Shown: positions 16,663 through 27,679, numbered from the stretch's first letter. The stretch: 64,000 nucleotides of DNA from an uncultured Gemmatimonadaceae bacterium (GCA_963740355.1 CAVUDW010000004.1:26280-90279), one strand, 5' to 3'. Notes: a model not told the origin generated them from the sequence alone. Program-made: numbers and translations.

Positions 16663-19097
16663 TCGTTTCGCACGCCTGGCTGCGCAGCTTCGCGCCGCAC
16701 GAGAAGAGCGCTCACGAGATCGGCGAACTGCTGAACGACCATACTGTGACCCTCGACGGCCTCGAGTCGATGCGCAAGGACATCGCATCGATCGTGGTCG
16801 GTCTCGTCGTCGAACAGGCTCGCCATCCCGATTCTGATCACCTGTCGATCACCAAGGTGGACGACGGCAGCGGCACATTGCTGGATGTCGTCTGCGGTGC
16901 GCCGAACGTGACAGCCGGCGTGAAGTATCCGTTCGCACGCTCCGGCACGACCATGCCTGACGGGCTGAAGATCGAGAAGCGAAAGATTCGTGGGCAGACG
17001 TCGAACGGCATGCTCTGCTCGGCGCGCGAACTCAAGCTCGGGTACGAACACGACGGGATCCTCGCGCTGACCACCGATGCGCCGCCAGGCACACCGATCC
17101 TGTCCGTGCTCGGCGAGGTTGGCGACTCGCAGCTGAACCTCGATGTCCTGCCGAATCGACCGGACCTCTTGTCGCATCTCGGGATGGCGCGCGAGGTCAG
17201 TGCGCTGCTCGGCGTGCCGATGGCGCTGGCGGACCTGTCGCAGGCGGAGCGCGACGCGGTGGCTGCGGTGCCTGTGGTGGCTGACGCGCAGTCGGCCGCG
17301 GCCGACGGTGTGTCGATCACCATCGCCGACCCTGTCAGCTGTCCTCGCTACAACGCCGTCGTGATTCGCGGCGTGACGGTCGGCCCAACCCCGGATTGGC
17401 TGCGCGAACGTCTCGAGTCGGTTGGGGCGCGTTCGATCAACAACATCGTGGACGCCACCAACTACATCCTGCTCGGCCTTGGGCAGCCAGTGCACGCGTT
17501 CGATCTCGCAAAGCTGGCCGGCAATGCCGTCGTGGTCCGGCCAACCCGCGAAGGCGAGAAGATCGTCACGCTGGATGGTACGGAGCGCGCTGTGGCGACG
17601 GGGACGACGCTGATCTGTGATGGCGAGAAGCCGGTGGCGCTGGCAGGGGTCATGGGTGGACTGAACAGCGAGGTGACGAACGCCACGACCGACATCCTGC
17701 TCGAGGTGGCGAACTTCGATGCGCGCTTCGTGCGTCGAACCCGTCGCGCCGTGAACCTGATCACCGATGCGAGCTATCGGTACGAACGCGGCATCGATGC
17801 GGCGTCCTCACCGGAAGCGGCGTTGCACTGTGCCGCGCTCATTGTGCGTGTGGCGGGCGGCTCCGTCACAGCGCGCCTCGATGTCGGCACCGCTCCCGCC
17901 GCCCGACCGAGCATCGCGGTGCGCCCGTCGCGTGTCGAGCGACTGCTTGGAGTGCCGGTGCCATCCACAGAGATCGTTCGCATCCTGACGGCGCTCGGCT
18001 GCGACGTGGTGGCGACCGCCGATGACGCGCTGCAGGTAACGCCACCAACATGGCGACACGATCTCCTGCTGGAGGTCGACTTCATCGAAGAGATCGTCCG
18101 GATCCGTGGGTTCGATACCGTGCCGGACGAGCTGCGCGCCTTCCGGCCTGGCACCGTGCCCGACCATCCGCTGCACCTCGCGGAGTTGCGCGTGCGCGCA
18201 TTCCTCGTTGGGCAGGGGCTGTTCGAAACGCGGCCGATGCCATTCACGAAGGACACCAGTTCCGGCGCGCGGGTGCGCAATCCGCTGGCCGACGATGAAC
18301 CGTATCTGCGTGCGTCGATTCTCGACACGCTGGCGCGTCGTGCGGAGTACAACCTGAATCGAATGGAAGGAGATGTTCGACTGTTCGAGGTCGGGCATGT
18401 GTTCCTGCCGTCCACCGATCGCTTGCCGATCGAGCAGGTGCGAGTTGGTGCCCTCTTGCTCGGCAAGCGTCGCCCGCCGCATTTCACCGATCCCGATCCG
18501 GCGTCGTTCGACGCGTGGGACGCCAAGGCCTTGGCGAGTTCGCTCGCCGCCGTCGCGTTCCCAGGGCGACGGATTTCGCTTGAACCGTCCGATACTGAGG
18601 CGTTGTGGCGCGTGCAGGCGGACGGCGATGACGTCGGATCGGTGCAGCGTGTCGCGGTGGACAAGCCAGTCTGGGCATCTGACGCCTTCGGCGTCGAGCT
18701 CACGCTGGGCCTGATGCCGTCGGCCGACGTGGCGCCGGTGGGCCACCATGCGCACCAATCGGCGGCTCCACGGTCGCCAGCGGTCCCTCATGTCGTTTAT
18801 CGTGCAATTCCGGTCACGCCCGCCGCAGGCTTCGACCTTGCGCTCGTGCTGCCGGGGAGCGTGCGTGCATCTGAGGTCGAAGCCATTCTTCGACGCGAGA
18901 GTGGCGAGCTGCTCGAATCCATGCTGGTGTTCGACGAGTACCGGGGTGACCGACTGCCGGCCGGCATGCGCAGCGTCGGCTGGCGCCTGCAGTTCAGGCA
19001 TCCCGAGCGCACCTTGCGCGATAAGGAGCTCGAGGGCCGGCGGAGCAAGCTGGTCTCGGCATTGCAGCGTGAACTGGGGGTATCTGTCCGTGGCTGA
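16659..19097 (+). CDS. pheT: phenylalanine--tRNA ligase beta subunit
   Basis: 812 aa with an N-terminal tRNA-binding (OB) region, B3/4 and B5 regions and a C-terminal anticodon-binding-like domain. It has a 4-nt overlap with pheS. Confidence 0.95.
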   Translation: MIVSHAWLRSFAPHEKSAHEIGELLNDHTVTLDGLESMRKDIASIVVGLVVEQARHPDSDHLSITKVDDGSGTLLDVVCGAPNVTAGVKYPFARSGTTMPDGLKIEKRKIRGQTSNGMLCSARELKLGYEHDGILALTTDAPPGTPILSVLGEVGDSQLNLDVLPNRPDLLSHLGMAREVSALLGVPMALADLSQAERDAVAAVPVVADAQSAAADGVSITIADPVSCPRYNAVVIRGVTVGPTPDWLRERLESVGARSINNIVDATNYILLGLGQPVHAFDLAKLAGNAVVVRPTREGEKIVTLDGTERAVATGTTLICDGEKPVALAGVMGGLNSEVTNATTDILLEVANFDARFVRRTRRAVNLITDASYRYERGIDAASSPEAALHCAALIVRVAGGSVTARLDVGTAPAARPSIAVRPSRVERLLGVPVPSTEIVRILTALGCDVVATADDALQVTPPTWRHDLLLEVDFIEEIVRIRGFDTVPDELRAFRPGTVPDHPLHLAELRVRAFLVGQGLFETRPMPFTKDTSSGARVRNPLADDEPYLRASILDTLARRAEYNLNRMEGDVRLFEVGHVFLPSTDRLPIEQVRVGALLLGKRRPPHFTDPDPASFDAWDAKALASSLAAVAFPGRRISLEPSDTEALWRVQADGDDVGSVQRVAVDKPVWASDAFGVELTLGLMPSADVAPVGHHAHQSAAPRSPAVPHVVYRAIPVTPAAGFDLALVLPGSVRASEVEAILRRESGELLESMLVFDEYRGDRLPAGMRSVGWRLQFRHPERTLRDKELEGRRSKLVSALQRELGVSVRG

Positions 19098-19392
19098 TTC
19101 GCGTGGGTTGGTGGTTGATGCAGCGGAAGAAATCGCTGCACTCGTGAAGGCGTTGGGCGAAGAGCTGGCGACCTTTCGTCAGCGAGCGCTCAAGGCCGAG
19201 GCGCGCGTCAAGGAACTCGAGGCGGCTGGCGGCGCCGACCTGGTGGAATTGACCAGCCGAATCACCCTTCTCGAAGCCGAAAATCAGGCATTGCAGGCCA
19301 GGATCGACTCCGCGACCGAACGAACCGAAGGTTTGCTGGACCGGGTGCGGTTCACGCGGCAGCAGACCGAGAGTGCCGGAGAGACCCGATGA
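19090..19392 (+). CDS. hypothetical coiled-coil protein upstream of zapA (ZapB-like?)
   Basis: Only the last ~100 aa of ORF 18748..19392 lie outside pheT. It has heptad-like, Ala/Leu/Glu-rich sequence (ALKAEARVKELEAAGG...LLEAENQALQARIDS). The GTG at 19090 overlaps the pheT stop, and starts at 19108 or 19111 are also possible. There is an ATGA overlap with zapA. Confidence 0.5.
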   Translation: MADSRGLVVDAAEEIAALVKALGEELATFRQRALKAEARVKELEAAGGADLVELTSRITLLEAENQALQARIDSATERTEGLLDRVRFTRQQTESAGETR

Positions 19393-19688
19393 GCAACTTC
19401 GTCCCTGTGAAAGTTTCGGTGGCCGGCGAAGAGGTCACGATCCGCTCGGAGCAGCCGCCGGAGCACTCCCGAGCGGTCGCCCACCATGTCGACGAGTCGA
19501 TCCGACGGATTCAGGAGCAGTCGCCAATGGTCGATTCCGGCAAGGCTGCCATCCTGGCGGCACTGCAAATCGCTGACGAGCTCTTCCGTTCACGCATGGA
19601 TGCCGAGCGCGGCAGTGAGCGGCTCGAGGTGACGATGGAGGAGATTCGACGGATGCTTCCACCAGCCAAGCGGTCGATCGGTCGGTAG
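19389..19688 (+). CDS. zapA: cell division protein ZapA
   Basis: 99 aa. VPVKVSVAGEEVTIRSEQPPEHSRAVAHHVDESIRRIQ plus a C-terminal helix fits the ZapA family pattern. Confidence 0.85.
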   Translation: MSNFVPVKVSVAGEEVTIRSEQPPEHSRAVAHHVDESIRRIQEQSPMVDSGKAAILAALQIADELFRSRMDAERGSERLEVTMEEIRRMLPPAKRSIGR

Positions 19689-19910
19689 CCGGCGCCGCGG
19701 GGCGTCCGTTGCCTCGCGTGGATCGGCCCGGTACCTTCGAGGGGTCACCCGATGCGCACGTAGGTGTGTGTCCTCGCTTGGGTTAGCCGTGTTCACCGTA
19801 CGCCTTCGGGCCTGCGGCATGACACCGCCGGCCTACCGGGGACAGTCCTGCTGTGCGGCATCGCCGGGGCTCCCAAAGACCGCGGCTCGTCCGCGCTGGA
19901 GATATAGATC

Positions 19911-21497
19911 GTGTCGCAGACATTTCTCTCGGCCGCACTGGGCGCGATTGCGCTCGTAGCGGCCGGTTTGTCGTTCGTGCTGGGCCGCAGGCAGGGCGCC
20001 AGCGCTGAAATCGCCCGGCAGCAGGCATCCCGGAGCACCGCAGATGATGAACGTCGTCGCCTGATCGGTGATGGTGAGCGCGAGGCCGAATCGCTTCGCA
20101 AAGCCGCGGTGCTGTCAGGGAAAGAAGAAGTCATGAAGCAGCGCGAGAGTTGGGAGGTCGAGGCGCGCAAGCGCCGCGACGAGCTCGTCTCCGAGGAACG
20201 CAAGCTCGTCGAACGCGAGACTGGGCTCGAACGCCGCGCCGAGGCAGTCGAGACGCGCGACCGAGAACTCGGCAAGCGCGCCAGTGAAATGGGCCGTCGC
20301 GAAAAGCTCGTGCTGGATCGTCAGACGGAACTCGATCAGCTGCTCGCGAGCGAACGCACGCGCCTGGAGAATCTGGCTGGCCTCACGGCGGCCGAGGCCA
20401 AGCTCGAACTCATCCGTCGCCTGGAAGAAGAGGCGCACGCCGATGCCGCCAATCGCTTGCGCGAGATCCGGGAGTCCGCTCGCCGAAACGCCGACCGTGA
20501 GGCCAAGAAGATCGTCGCGCTGGCCATTCAGCGGATCGCGGCCGAACACACGGCGGAGACGACCGTGTCGGCCGTCTCGCTGCCGAACGATGAAATGAAG
20601 GGCCGAATCATCGGACGCGAAGGGCGAAACATCCGGGCCTTCGAGCTCGCCACCGGTGTGGACGTGATCATCGACGACACACCGGACACGGTGGTCGTCA
20701 GCTGCTTCGACCCCGTTCGCCGGGAAGTCGGTCGGTTGGCGCTCGAGAAGCTGGTGGCCGACGGCCGGATCCATCCGGGCCGGATCGAGGAGGTCGTCGC
20801 GAAGTCGAAGAAGGAAGTCGAGGTCGCCATCGTCGAGACCGGTGAGACGGCGGCATACGAAGCGGGTGTCGCAGGATTGCACCCGGAGATCATCAAGCTC
20901 ATCGGGCGCATGAAGTGGCGCACGAGTTACGGGCAGAACATCCTGTCGCACTCGGTGGAAGTCGCGTGGCTGGCGGGCATCATGGCTGCCGAGCTGGGAC
21001 TGGACGTGGCCATGACGAAACGTGCCGCGCTGCTCCACGATATCGGCAAGGTGCTCACGCATGAGCACGAGGGCACGCACGTGCAACTCGGCGTGGAAGT
21101 CGCGACGCGTTATGGCGAGAACCCGATGGTCGTGAATGCCATCGCGGCCCATCACGACGACGTTCCGCACGAAACCGAGATGAGCGTGTTGGTGCAGGCG
21201 GCCGACGCCATCAGCGGCTCACGGCCTGGCGCACGCCGCGAGGCGTTCGAGACGTACGTCAAGCGCCTCGAGGGCATCGAGAAGATCGCGTCGAGCTATC
21301 GTGGTGTGGAGCGCGTCTTCGCGATCCAGGCAGGCCGCGAGGTCCGTGTCATCGTCACGCCCGATCAGGTGGACGACGTCCGCATGCAGACGCTGACGGA
21401 AGAAATCGCGCGCCGGATCGAGGCCGAGTTGCAGTACCCTGGCCAGATTCGTGTCGTCGCCATTCGCGAGACGCGCACGGTGGACTATGCCCGCTGA
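19911..21497 (+). CDS. rny: ribonuclease Y
   Basis: 528 aa with an N-terminal TM helix, a long charged coiled coil, a KH domain ([15 protein letters not shown]) and an HD domain (LLHDIGK). It has a GTG start preceded by GGAG. Confidence 0.95.
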   Translation: MSQTFLSAALGAIALVAAGLSFVLGRRQGASAEIARQQASRSTADDERRRLIGDGEREAESLRKAAVLSGKEEVMKQRESWEVEARKRRDELVSEERKLVERETGLERRAEAVETRDRELGKRASEMGRREKLVLDRQTELDQLLASERTRLENLAGLTAAEAKLELIRRLEEEAHADAANRLREIRESARRNADREAKKIVALAIQRIAAEHTAETTVSAVSLPNDEMKGRIIGREGRNIRAFELATGVDVIIDDTPDTVVVSCFDPVRREVGRLALEKLVADGRIHPGRIEEVVAKSKKEVEVAIVETGETAAYEAGVAGLHPEIIKLIGRMKWRTSYGQNILSHSVEVAWLAGIMAAELGLDVAMTKRAALLHDIGKVLTHEHEGTHVQLGVEVATRYGENPMVVNAIAAHHDDVPHETEMSVLVQAADAISGSRPGARREAFETYVKRLEGIEKIASSYRGVERVFAIQAGREVRVIVTPDQVDDVRMQTLTEEIARRIEAELQYPGQIRVVAIRETRTVDYAR

Positions 21498-22368
21498 ACT
21501 TCTCGACGGCATTGCCGTTGCGCGCGCGATCCGCGACGAGGTCGCAGAGGCCGTGAAAGTCGAGAAGGCCCGCGGCATTGTGCCCGGACTGGCCGTGGTG
21601 CTGGTCGGCGAGGATCCCGCGAGCACCGTCTACGTCCGCAACAAGGGACGTGCCTGCGAAGAAGCCGGTATGCACTCCGTGACCATCCGCCTGCCGGCCA
21701 CCACGTCGCAGGACGAACTGTTGGCCGTGGTCGATCAGCTCAACGCCGATCCTGCCATCCACGGCATGCTGGTGCAGATGCCGTTGCCGAAGCAGTGCAA
21801 CGCGGACGAAGTGATTCGTCGCATCGATCCGGCGAAGGATGTCGATGGCTTCCATCCGATCAACGCGGGGAAGCTCATCATCGGCGAAAAGGACGGCTTC
21901 GCGCCGTGCACGCCGGCCGGCGTGATGGAACTGCTCCGGCGCTACAAGGTGCCGACGGCGGGTGCCGAAGTCGTGATCGTGGGCCGATCGAACATCGTCG
22001 GCAAGCCGATGGCCAGCCTGCTCGTGCAACCCGGCATCGATGCGACCGTCACCATCTGCCATAGCCGCACGCGCGACCTGCCATCGCACACTCGGCGCGC
22101 CGATATCCTGATTGCGGCCATCGGTCGACCGAAGTTCGTCACCGCTGACATGGTGAAGCCTGGCGCCACGGTCATCGACGTGGGCATCAACCGTGTTGAC
22201 GAACCGCGCGCGAAGAATGGCTACATCCTCGCCGGCGATGTGGACTTCGCCGCCGTCAGTGAGGTTGCCGGCAAGATCACGCCAGTCCCTGGCGGCGTAG
22301 GTCCGCTGACGATCGCCATGTTGCTGCGCAGCACCCTCGTGGCAGCGTCCCGGGTGACGGTCGCGTGA
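21487..22368 (+). CDS. folD: bifunctional methylenetetrahydrofolate dehydrogenase/cyclohydrolase
   Basis: [18 protein letters not shown]..., [21 protein letters not shown] and [12 protein letters not shown] are present. The start is the ATG at 21487 (Met-13 of the ORF), overlapping the rny end. Confidence 0.95.
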   Translation: MPAELLDGIAVARAIRDEVAEAVKVEKARGIVPGLAVVLVGEDPASTVYVRNKGRACEEAGMHSVTIRLPATTSQDELLAVVDQLNADPAIHGMLVQMPLPKQCNADEVIRRIDPAKDVDGFHPINAGKLIIGEKDGFAPCTPAGVMELLRRYKVPTAGAEVVIVGRSNIVGKPMASLLVQPGIDATVTICHSRTRDLPSHTRRADILIAAIGRPKFVTADMVKPGATVIDVGINRVDEPRAKNGYILAGDVDFAAVSEVAGKITPVPGGVGPLTIAMLLRSTLVAASRVTVA

Positions 22369-23741
22369 CGGGCACGTGGGGCGAGTTGTTCGACGAGCCG
22401 GCCGCAGCGGCTGCGTATCCGGGCGAGTCGCCAGAAACGGCACTCGCCATCGCCACACTCACGCGCGCGGCGAAGGATGTGATCGAGGGGGCCTTTTCGC
22501 CGCTCTGGGTGCGTGGCGAGATCAGTGACTTCAAGGCGCATCGGAACGGCCATTGGTACTTCTCGTTGCGGGATGCCGAGGCACGCGTGCGGTGCGTGAT
22601 GTGGCGTGGCGATGTGCAGCGCGCCCCCACGCGCCCCACCGATGGCATGCTCGTGACGGCCTTCGGTCAGATGACCGTGTACACCAATGGCGGTGATCTC
22701 CAGCTCCGCGTCACGCGGTTGGGCGCCGAAGGTGATGGGCTGTGGAGAAAGGCGCTCGAAGAGACCCTCGCGCGCCTGCGCAGCGATGGCCTGCTGGACG
22801 AGGAGCGCAAGCGGCCGTTGCCACGTCTCCCCAAGGTGGTGGCCGTGGTGACCAGTCCCGATGGGGCAGCCTTGCAGGACATTCGAGCGGTGGCCGCACG
22901 TCGCTTCTCCGCGGTGCAACTGGTGCTGGTGCCCGCCAAGGTGCAGGGTGAAGGAACGGCCGATGAACTCGTCCGCGCGATGGAGAAGATCGAGCGGTGG
23001 GGCGGTGCCGACGTCGTGATCATCGGGCGCGGTGGCGGTGCACGCGAGGACCTCTGGGCCTTCAATGATGAACGTGTCGCACGCGCTGTCGCAGCGTGCA
23101 GCGTGCCGGTGATCTCAGCCGTCGGGCACGAAGTGGATATCACGGTCGTCGATCTGGTCGCAGACCTGCGCGCACCAACACCATCTGCTGCCGCCGAAGC
23201 CGCGGTGCCCGATCGCGATGCCCTCGTGAGCGAAGTCGAGTCCCTCCGCCGTCGCCTGGCCAACGCCGCCACGCGCGCGATGCAGCGTCGCCGGCAACTC
23301 GTCGCCGCTGTGGGTGGACGATTCGCCGCTGGTGCGCGTGGCCTCGCCGCGCTGGAACAGGCTCGCTTGCGGGCATTTGGGCAGGCGATGGCCGTGCATA
23401 CACGCCGCGCACTCCTCCGAAAGCATGCGCGCGTCGATGCGTTGCGGCCATCCTTGAGTGCGTTCCCGGTGGCCGACCTGGCGCCGCGACGTGGTGAACT
23501 GGCGGCGTTGGCAGGCAGGCTGGACGCACTCAGCCCGCTGGCAACACTCGGGCGTGGATATGCCGTGGCGCGATCGCTGGAGGGCCAGGCGATGGCCAGT
23601 GTCCGTGATTTCAAGCCGGGGACGCCGTTCGACGTCCTGCTGGCTGATGGTGCCGTGCGTGCGACCACGACGGCGCGTCGCTCTGGCGCGCCTCTGGATG
23701 CCGTGACAGGATTGCGTGAGGGGGCCTCCGATGACGTATGA
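22365..23741 (+). CDS. xseA: exodeoxyribonuclease VII large subunit
   Basis: 458 aa with an N-terminal OB fold ([22 protein letters not shown]) and catalytic region [15 protein letters not shown]. Confidence 0.93.
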   Translation: MTGTWGELFDEPAAAAAYPGESPETALAIATLTRAAKDVIEGAFSPLWVRGEISDFKAHRNGHWYFSLRDAEARVRCVMWRGDVQRAPTRPTDGMLVTAFGQMTVYTNGGDLQLRVTRLGAEGDGLWRKALEETLARLRSDGLLDEERKRPLPRLPKVVAVVTSPDGAALQDIRAVAARRFSAVQLVLVPAKVQGEGTADELVRAMEKIERWGGADVVIIGRGGGAREDLWAFNDERVARAVAACSVPVISAVGHEVDITVVDLVADLRAPTPSAAAEAAVPDRDALVSEVESLRRRLANAATRAMQRRRQLVAAVGGRFAAGARGLAALEQARLRAFGQAMAVHTRRALLRKHARVDALRPSLSAFPVADLAPRRGELAALAGRLDALSPLATLGRGYAVARSLEGQAMASVRDFKPGTPFDVLLADGAVRATTTARRSGAPLDAVTGLREGASDDV

Positions 23742-23943
23742 AGAATCAGTGCAGCGGCTGCAGGCAATCGTCAGTGAACTCGAGGGTGACCGGCTGCCGT
23801 TGGCACAGGCGTTGGCGCTATTCGAGGAAGGCGTTGCCCGCCTGCGGGAAGCGACGGCGGCACTCGCCGACGCGGATACCCGCGTGCAGCAGCTGGTGGA
23901 ATCCATCGATGGGAGCCTGACGGTTGCTGACCAGCGAAGCTGA
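23731..23943 (+). CDS. xseB: exodeoxyribonuclease VII small subunit
   Basis: 70 aa, [35 protein letters not shown]... The ATG at 23731 overlaps the xseA end. Confidence 0.9.
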   Translation: MTYEESVQRLQAIVSELEGDRLPLAQALALFEEGVARLREATAALADADTRVQQLVESIDGSLTVADQRS

Positions 23944-24832
23944 GGCGCCCGACTTGACCTTCCGCGCCGAGCGCGCGGCGGTCGCGGCAGCCCTGACGGG
24001 ATTTTGCGACACGTACCTCGCCGACGCGCCGGGGTCCGTGGGTGCGGCCATCCGGTACAGCCTGCTCGGTGAGGGGAAGCGACTGCGGGCGGTGCTCGTC
24101 GGTGCGGCATACACAGCCGCCGGCGGCACTGGCGACGTCAGCGCGCTCGCGGCCGCCGTCGAGGTCGTGCACGCCTACTCGCTGGTGCATGACGACCTGC
24201 CATGCATGGACGACGATGACATGCGCCGCGGTCGGCCCACGACCCACATCGTCTACGGTGTGTCGGTGGCAACGGCGGCCGGGCTCGCAATGGTCCCGCT
24301 GGCGGCGCGGACCGCCGCCGCGGCCGCTCGTGAGCTGGGGTTGGCGCCGGCGACCATCGGCGCGATCGTCCGGGAACTGATGGGTGCGGCTGGTGGCGCG
24401 GGCATGATCGGGGGGCAACTTCTCGATCTGGAGGGCGAAGGTCGCCCGCTCGCCCTCGCCGACCTCGAGCGGATCCATCGTCTCAAGACCGGTGCCCTCA
24501 TCACGGCCTCGGTCCGGCTCGGTGGACTCGCAGCCGGCGCGAGCAGTGAACAGATGGCGGCCTTCACGCGGTACGGCGATGCCATAGGGCTGGCGTTCCA
24601 GATCGCCGACGACGTGCTGGATGTGACGGCGACGACGGATCAGCTGGGCAAGACGGCAGGACGGGACATCGCGCTTGCGAAGTCGACGTATCCGGCGTTG
24701 CTCGGCATCGACGGAGCGGTCTCGCGAGCGGAAGCGTTGGTCGAGGAAGGGTGCGCATCACTGCAGGCAGCGGGCCTCCTCACGCCGCAGCTCGAGCACC
24801 TCGCACGGTTTTTTGTCACCAGGCAGTCGTAA
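23924..24832 (+). CDS. ispA: polyprenyl (farnesyl/geranylgeranyl) diphosphate synthase
   Basis: It carries the first DDxxD region as HDDLPCMDDDDMRRGRPT and the second as FQIADDVLD. The xseB-ispA-dxs order matches that in E. coli. The TTG start is uncertain. Confidence 0.88.
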   Translation: MLTSEAEAPDLTFRAERAAVAAALTGFCDTYLADAPGSVGAAIRYSLLGEGKRLRAVLVGAAYTAAGGTGDVSALAAAVEVVHAYSLVHDDLPCMDDDDMRRGRPTTHIVYGVSVATAAGLAMVPLAARTAAAAARELGLAPATIGAIVRELMGAAGGAGMIGGQLLDLEGEGRPLALADLERIHRLKTGALITASVRLGGLAAGASSEQMAAFTRYGDAIGLAFQIADDVLDVTATTDQLGKTAGRDIALAKSTYPALLGIDGAVSRAEALVEEGCASLQAAGLLTPQLEHLARFFVTRQS

Positions 24833-24915
24833 GGACGCGTACTTTTATCGCTGGATCGCCCCGCGCCACCGCCAGGTGGAGCCGGGGTGATGAACACCAT
24901 CTTCGGAGTTGCCAA

Positions 24916-26799
24916 ATGTCCATCCTCGACCGAGTGAAATCACCCGCTGACCTGAAGGGGTTGTCGCGTGACGAGCTCCGGGCGCTGTCCGCTGACATGC
25001 GGGCATTCCTGATCGACAACTGCTCCCGCACCGGCGGTCACATCGGTGCAGGGCTCGGTGTCGTCGAGCTCACCGTCGCGTTGCACGCGGTGCTCGACAC
25101 GCCTGCCGATCAGCTGGTCTGGGATGTTGGACATCAGGGCTATCCGCACAAGCTGCTCACCGGTCGCCGCGAAGACTTCAAGACATTGCGGCAGGAAGAC
25201 GGCATGTCCGGCTTCCTCAAGCGCAGCGAAAGTCCCTACGACACGTTCGGCGCGGGACACGCGGCTACTGCCGTGTCGGCCGCCTACGGCATGGCGGTCG
25301 GGCGCGACCTGCAGGGTGAAAACTTCAAGGTCGCCGCGATCCTTGGTGATGGTGCACTGTCGTGCGGACTCGCGTACGAAGGGCTGAACAACGCCGGCAG
25401 CTCGGACCGCGACATCATCATCATCCTCAACGACAACGAGATGTCCATCGCGCCGAACGTTGGTGCGATGCACAAGTACCTCGTGAGTGTGCAGCGCAAT
25501 CCGCTCTACAATCGCGTGCGCAGCGCAGTCGGCGACCTGGTTGATTCGGCGCCCGGGCCGATTGGCTCGCTGGTGCGGAAGTGGGAGGAGAGCGTCAAGA
25601 GTTTCCTCACCCCCGGTGTGCTGTTCGAGGAACTCGGTTTCCGATACTTCGGTCCGATCGATGGGCACGATATCGACGCGCTGATGGACACGCTCACCGC
25701 GGTCCGTGACCTCAAGACGCCACGGCTCGTGCACGTGATCACGCAGAAGGGCAAGGGTTTCCCTGCTGGTGAACACACGGAGAAGTGGCATGCCTTGCCG
25801 CCGGGGCACGATCCGGCCACCGGCAAGCAGCTGAAGGCGTCGACCGCCAATCCGGCGTGGACGGCGGTCTTCGGGCAGGGACTGGCCGACCTGATGAAGG
25901 AAAAGCCGGAAGTCGCCGCGATCACAGCCGCAATGCCCAGCGGCACTGGGATCGGCACCGTGGCCAAGGCGCATCCTGCTCGCACGTTCGACGTCGGCAT
26001 CGCCGAGGGCCACGCCGTGACGTTCGCCGCCGGCCTTGCCACGCGCGGAGTGAAGCCAGTCGTGGCCATCTACTCCACGTTCCTGCAGCGCGCGTACGAC
26101 AACGTGATCCACGACTGCGCCATCCAGCACCTCCCGGTGGTGTTTGCGATGGATCGTGCCGGATTCGTTGGCGAAGATGGCGAAACACACATGGGCCTGT
26201 ACGACATCGCCTACATGTTGACGATTCCGGGCATGACCGTCACGGCGCCGAAGGACTCCACGGAGATGCTGGCGCTGCTGCGCACCGGTGTGGAGCAGAA
26301 TGACGGCCCGTTCTCGCTTCGCTATCCGCGCGATGCCTCGCCTGATACCGCTCCACCGATCGCCGAGATTCCTGCCGTGCCACATGGCACGTGGGAAGTC
26401 GTGCGCACCGGTTCGGAGTTCGCCATCCTTGCCGTTGGCACGATGGTGAAGCAGTCACTCGATGCCGCGAAGGCGCTGGCCGACGAAGGGCTCAACGTCA
26501 CCGTCGTGAACTGTCGCTACCTCAAGCCATACGACGCGCTCACCCTCTCGGCGCTGCTGGCCGATCACAAGCAGTTGCTGGTGGTCGAGGAAGGCACGGT
26601 GGTCAATGGCTTCGGCGCGTACATGGCGCAGGTAGTCTCGAAGATCGATCCATCGGTGCGCGTCACGGCCCATGGCATTCCGGATCGCTTCATCTACGCG
26701 GCCTCACGGCAGCGGCAGATGGCCATGTGTGGGCTCGACGCGGCAGGCATCGCCGACAAGGTGCGCGCGCTGCACGAATCCGAAGCCCTCGCCGGGTGA
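24916..26799 (+). CDS. dxs: 1-deoxy-D-xylulose-5-phosphate synthase
   Basis: MSILDRVKSPADLKGL..., GHIGAGLGVVELTVALH, the TPP motif GDGALSCGLAYEGLNNAG and AEGHAVTFAAGLA are present. The start is at Met-56 of the ORF (ATG 24916). Confidence 0.96.
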   Translation: MSILDRVKSPADLKGLSRDELRALSADMRAFLIDNCSRTGGHIGAGLGVVELTVALHAVLDTPADQLVWDVGHQGYPHKLLTGRREDFKTLRQEDGMSGFLKRSESPYDTFGAGHAATAVSAAYGMAVGRDLQGENFKVAAILGDGALSCGLAYEGLNNAGSSDRDIIIILNDNEMSIAPNVGAMHKYLVSVQRNPLYNRVRSAVGDLVDSAPGPIGSLVRKWEESVKSFLTPGVLFEELGFRYFGPIDGHDIDALMDTLTAVRDLKTPRLVHVITQKGKGFPAGEHTEKWHALPPGHDPATGKQLKASTANPAWTAVFGQGLADLMKEKPEVAAITAAMPSGTGIGTVAKAHPARTFDVGIAEGHAVTFAAGLATRGVKPVVAIYSTFLQRAYDNVIHDCAIQHLPVVFAMDRAGFVGEDGETHMGLYDIAYMLTIPGMTVTAPKDSTEMLALLRTGVEQNDGPFSLRYPRDASPDTAPPIAEIPAVPHGTWEVVRTGSEFAILAVGTMVKQSLDAAKALADEGLNVTVVNCRYLKPYDALTLSALLADHKQLLVVEEGTVVNGFGAYMAQVVSKIDPSVRVTAHGIPDRFIYAASRQRQMAMCGLDAAGIADKVRALHESEALAG

Positions 26800-27665
26800 G
26801 CATTCGACTCGGCGTCCTCGGACACCGCGGGTACGAGGGACTGCAGGACGTGCTCGCCGAGTTGCAGCGCCTTGCGCCGCAACTCGGCGTGTCGTTGTTC
26901 ATCGAACGTGGCCTCGTCGTCGATGCGCGTGATGCTGCGCCACTGACGGAAGAAACCGAACTCGATGTCCTGCTGACCATGGGCGGCGATGGCACCTTCC
27001 TGCGGGGTGCCCGGTTCCTGCGCGGGCGCCAGATTCCGATCGCCGGCCTGAACCTGGGACGGCTCGGGTTCCTCACGTCAGGTTCGCGCGACCACCTCGC
27101 GCAGAGTCTCCACGACATCGCCAAGTTCGATTTTCCTGTCGAACGGCGCATGGCGCTCGAAGCCCACGTCACCGACTCGACCGGACGTGAACATTACCGC
27201 TGGCGCGCCGTGAACGACGTCGTGCTGCACAAGGGCGGCTTTGCGCGTGTGCTGCAGTTGCGCGCCAGCGTCGATGGTCGCGAAATCGCGAGGTATTCGG
27301 CCGACGGTGTGATTGCCGCGACGCCGACCGGATCGACGGCGTACTCACTGTCCGCCGGCGGGCCGGTGATCGTGCCGACCGTCGAGTCGATCCTGCTCAC
27401 GCCGGTCTCGCCGCACACCCTGGCGATGCGACCAGTGGTGCTGCCGCCGACGGCTCAACTCGCGCTCGAAGTGTTGCGTGAAGCGACGGAATTGCTGATC
27501 ACCGTGGACGGGCAGGTCGGCGCAATGTTCGGATCTGGAGAGACGCTCCACGTGCAGCGATCGCCGAATCCGATCCTCGTCGCACGCATTGACGAAGATG
27601 AGGATGGCTTCTTCGGGCGCCTGCGCCAGAAGCTCGGCTGGGGCGGCCTGGCCGAACGCGACTAG
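26796..27665 (+). CDS. nadK: NAD kinase
   Basis: GGDGTFL, NLGRLGFL and the TPTGSTAYSLSAGGP motifs are present. The GTG at 26796 overlaps the dxs stop (GTGA). Confidence 0.9.
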   Translation: MSIRLGVLGHRGYEGLQDVLAELQRLAPQLGVSLFIERGLVVDARDAAPLTEETELDVLLTMGGDGTFLRGARFLRGRQIPIAGLNLGRLGFLTSGSRDHLAQSLHDIAKFDFPVERRMALEAHVTDSTGREHYRWRAVNDVVLHKGGFARVLQLRASVDGREIARYSADGVIAATPTGSTAYSLSAGGPVIVPTVESILLTPVSPHTLAMRPVVLPPTAQLALEVLREATELLITVDGQVGAMFGSGETLHVQRSPNPILVARIDEDEDGFFGRLRQKLGWGGLAERD

Positions 27666-27679
27666 GCAGCGATACCACC

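Noticed and set aside
24751-24915. 5' extensions of track ORFs: dxs 24751, nadK 26391, aroA 38941, pccB 48094, rplM 57056, folD 21451, rlmD 52429, BCCP 53637, and the PEP-CTERM genes 43249 and 50068
   Set aside because: The extensions overlap the preceding gene or run through intergenic hairpins, and they encode non-homologous Arg-rich sequence. Internal ATG/GTG starts reproduce canonical N-termini and classic 4-nt overlaps.
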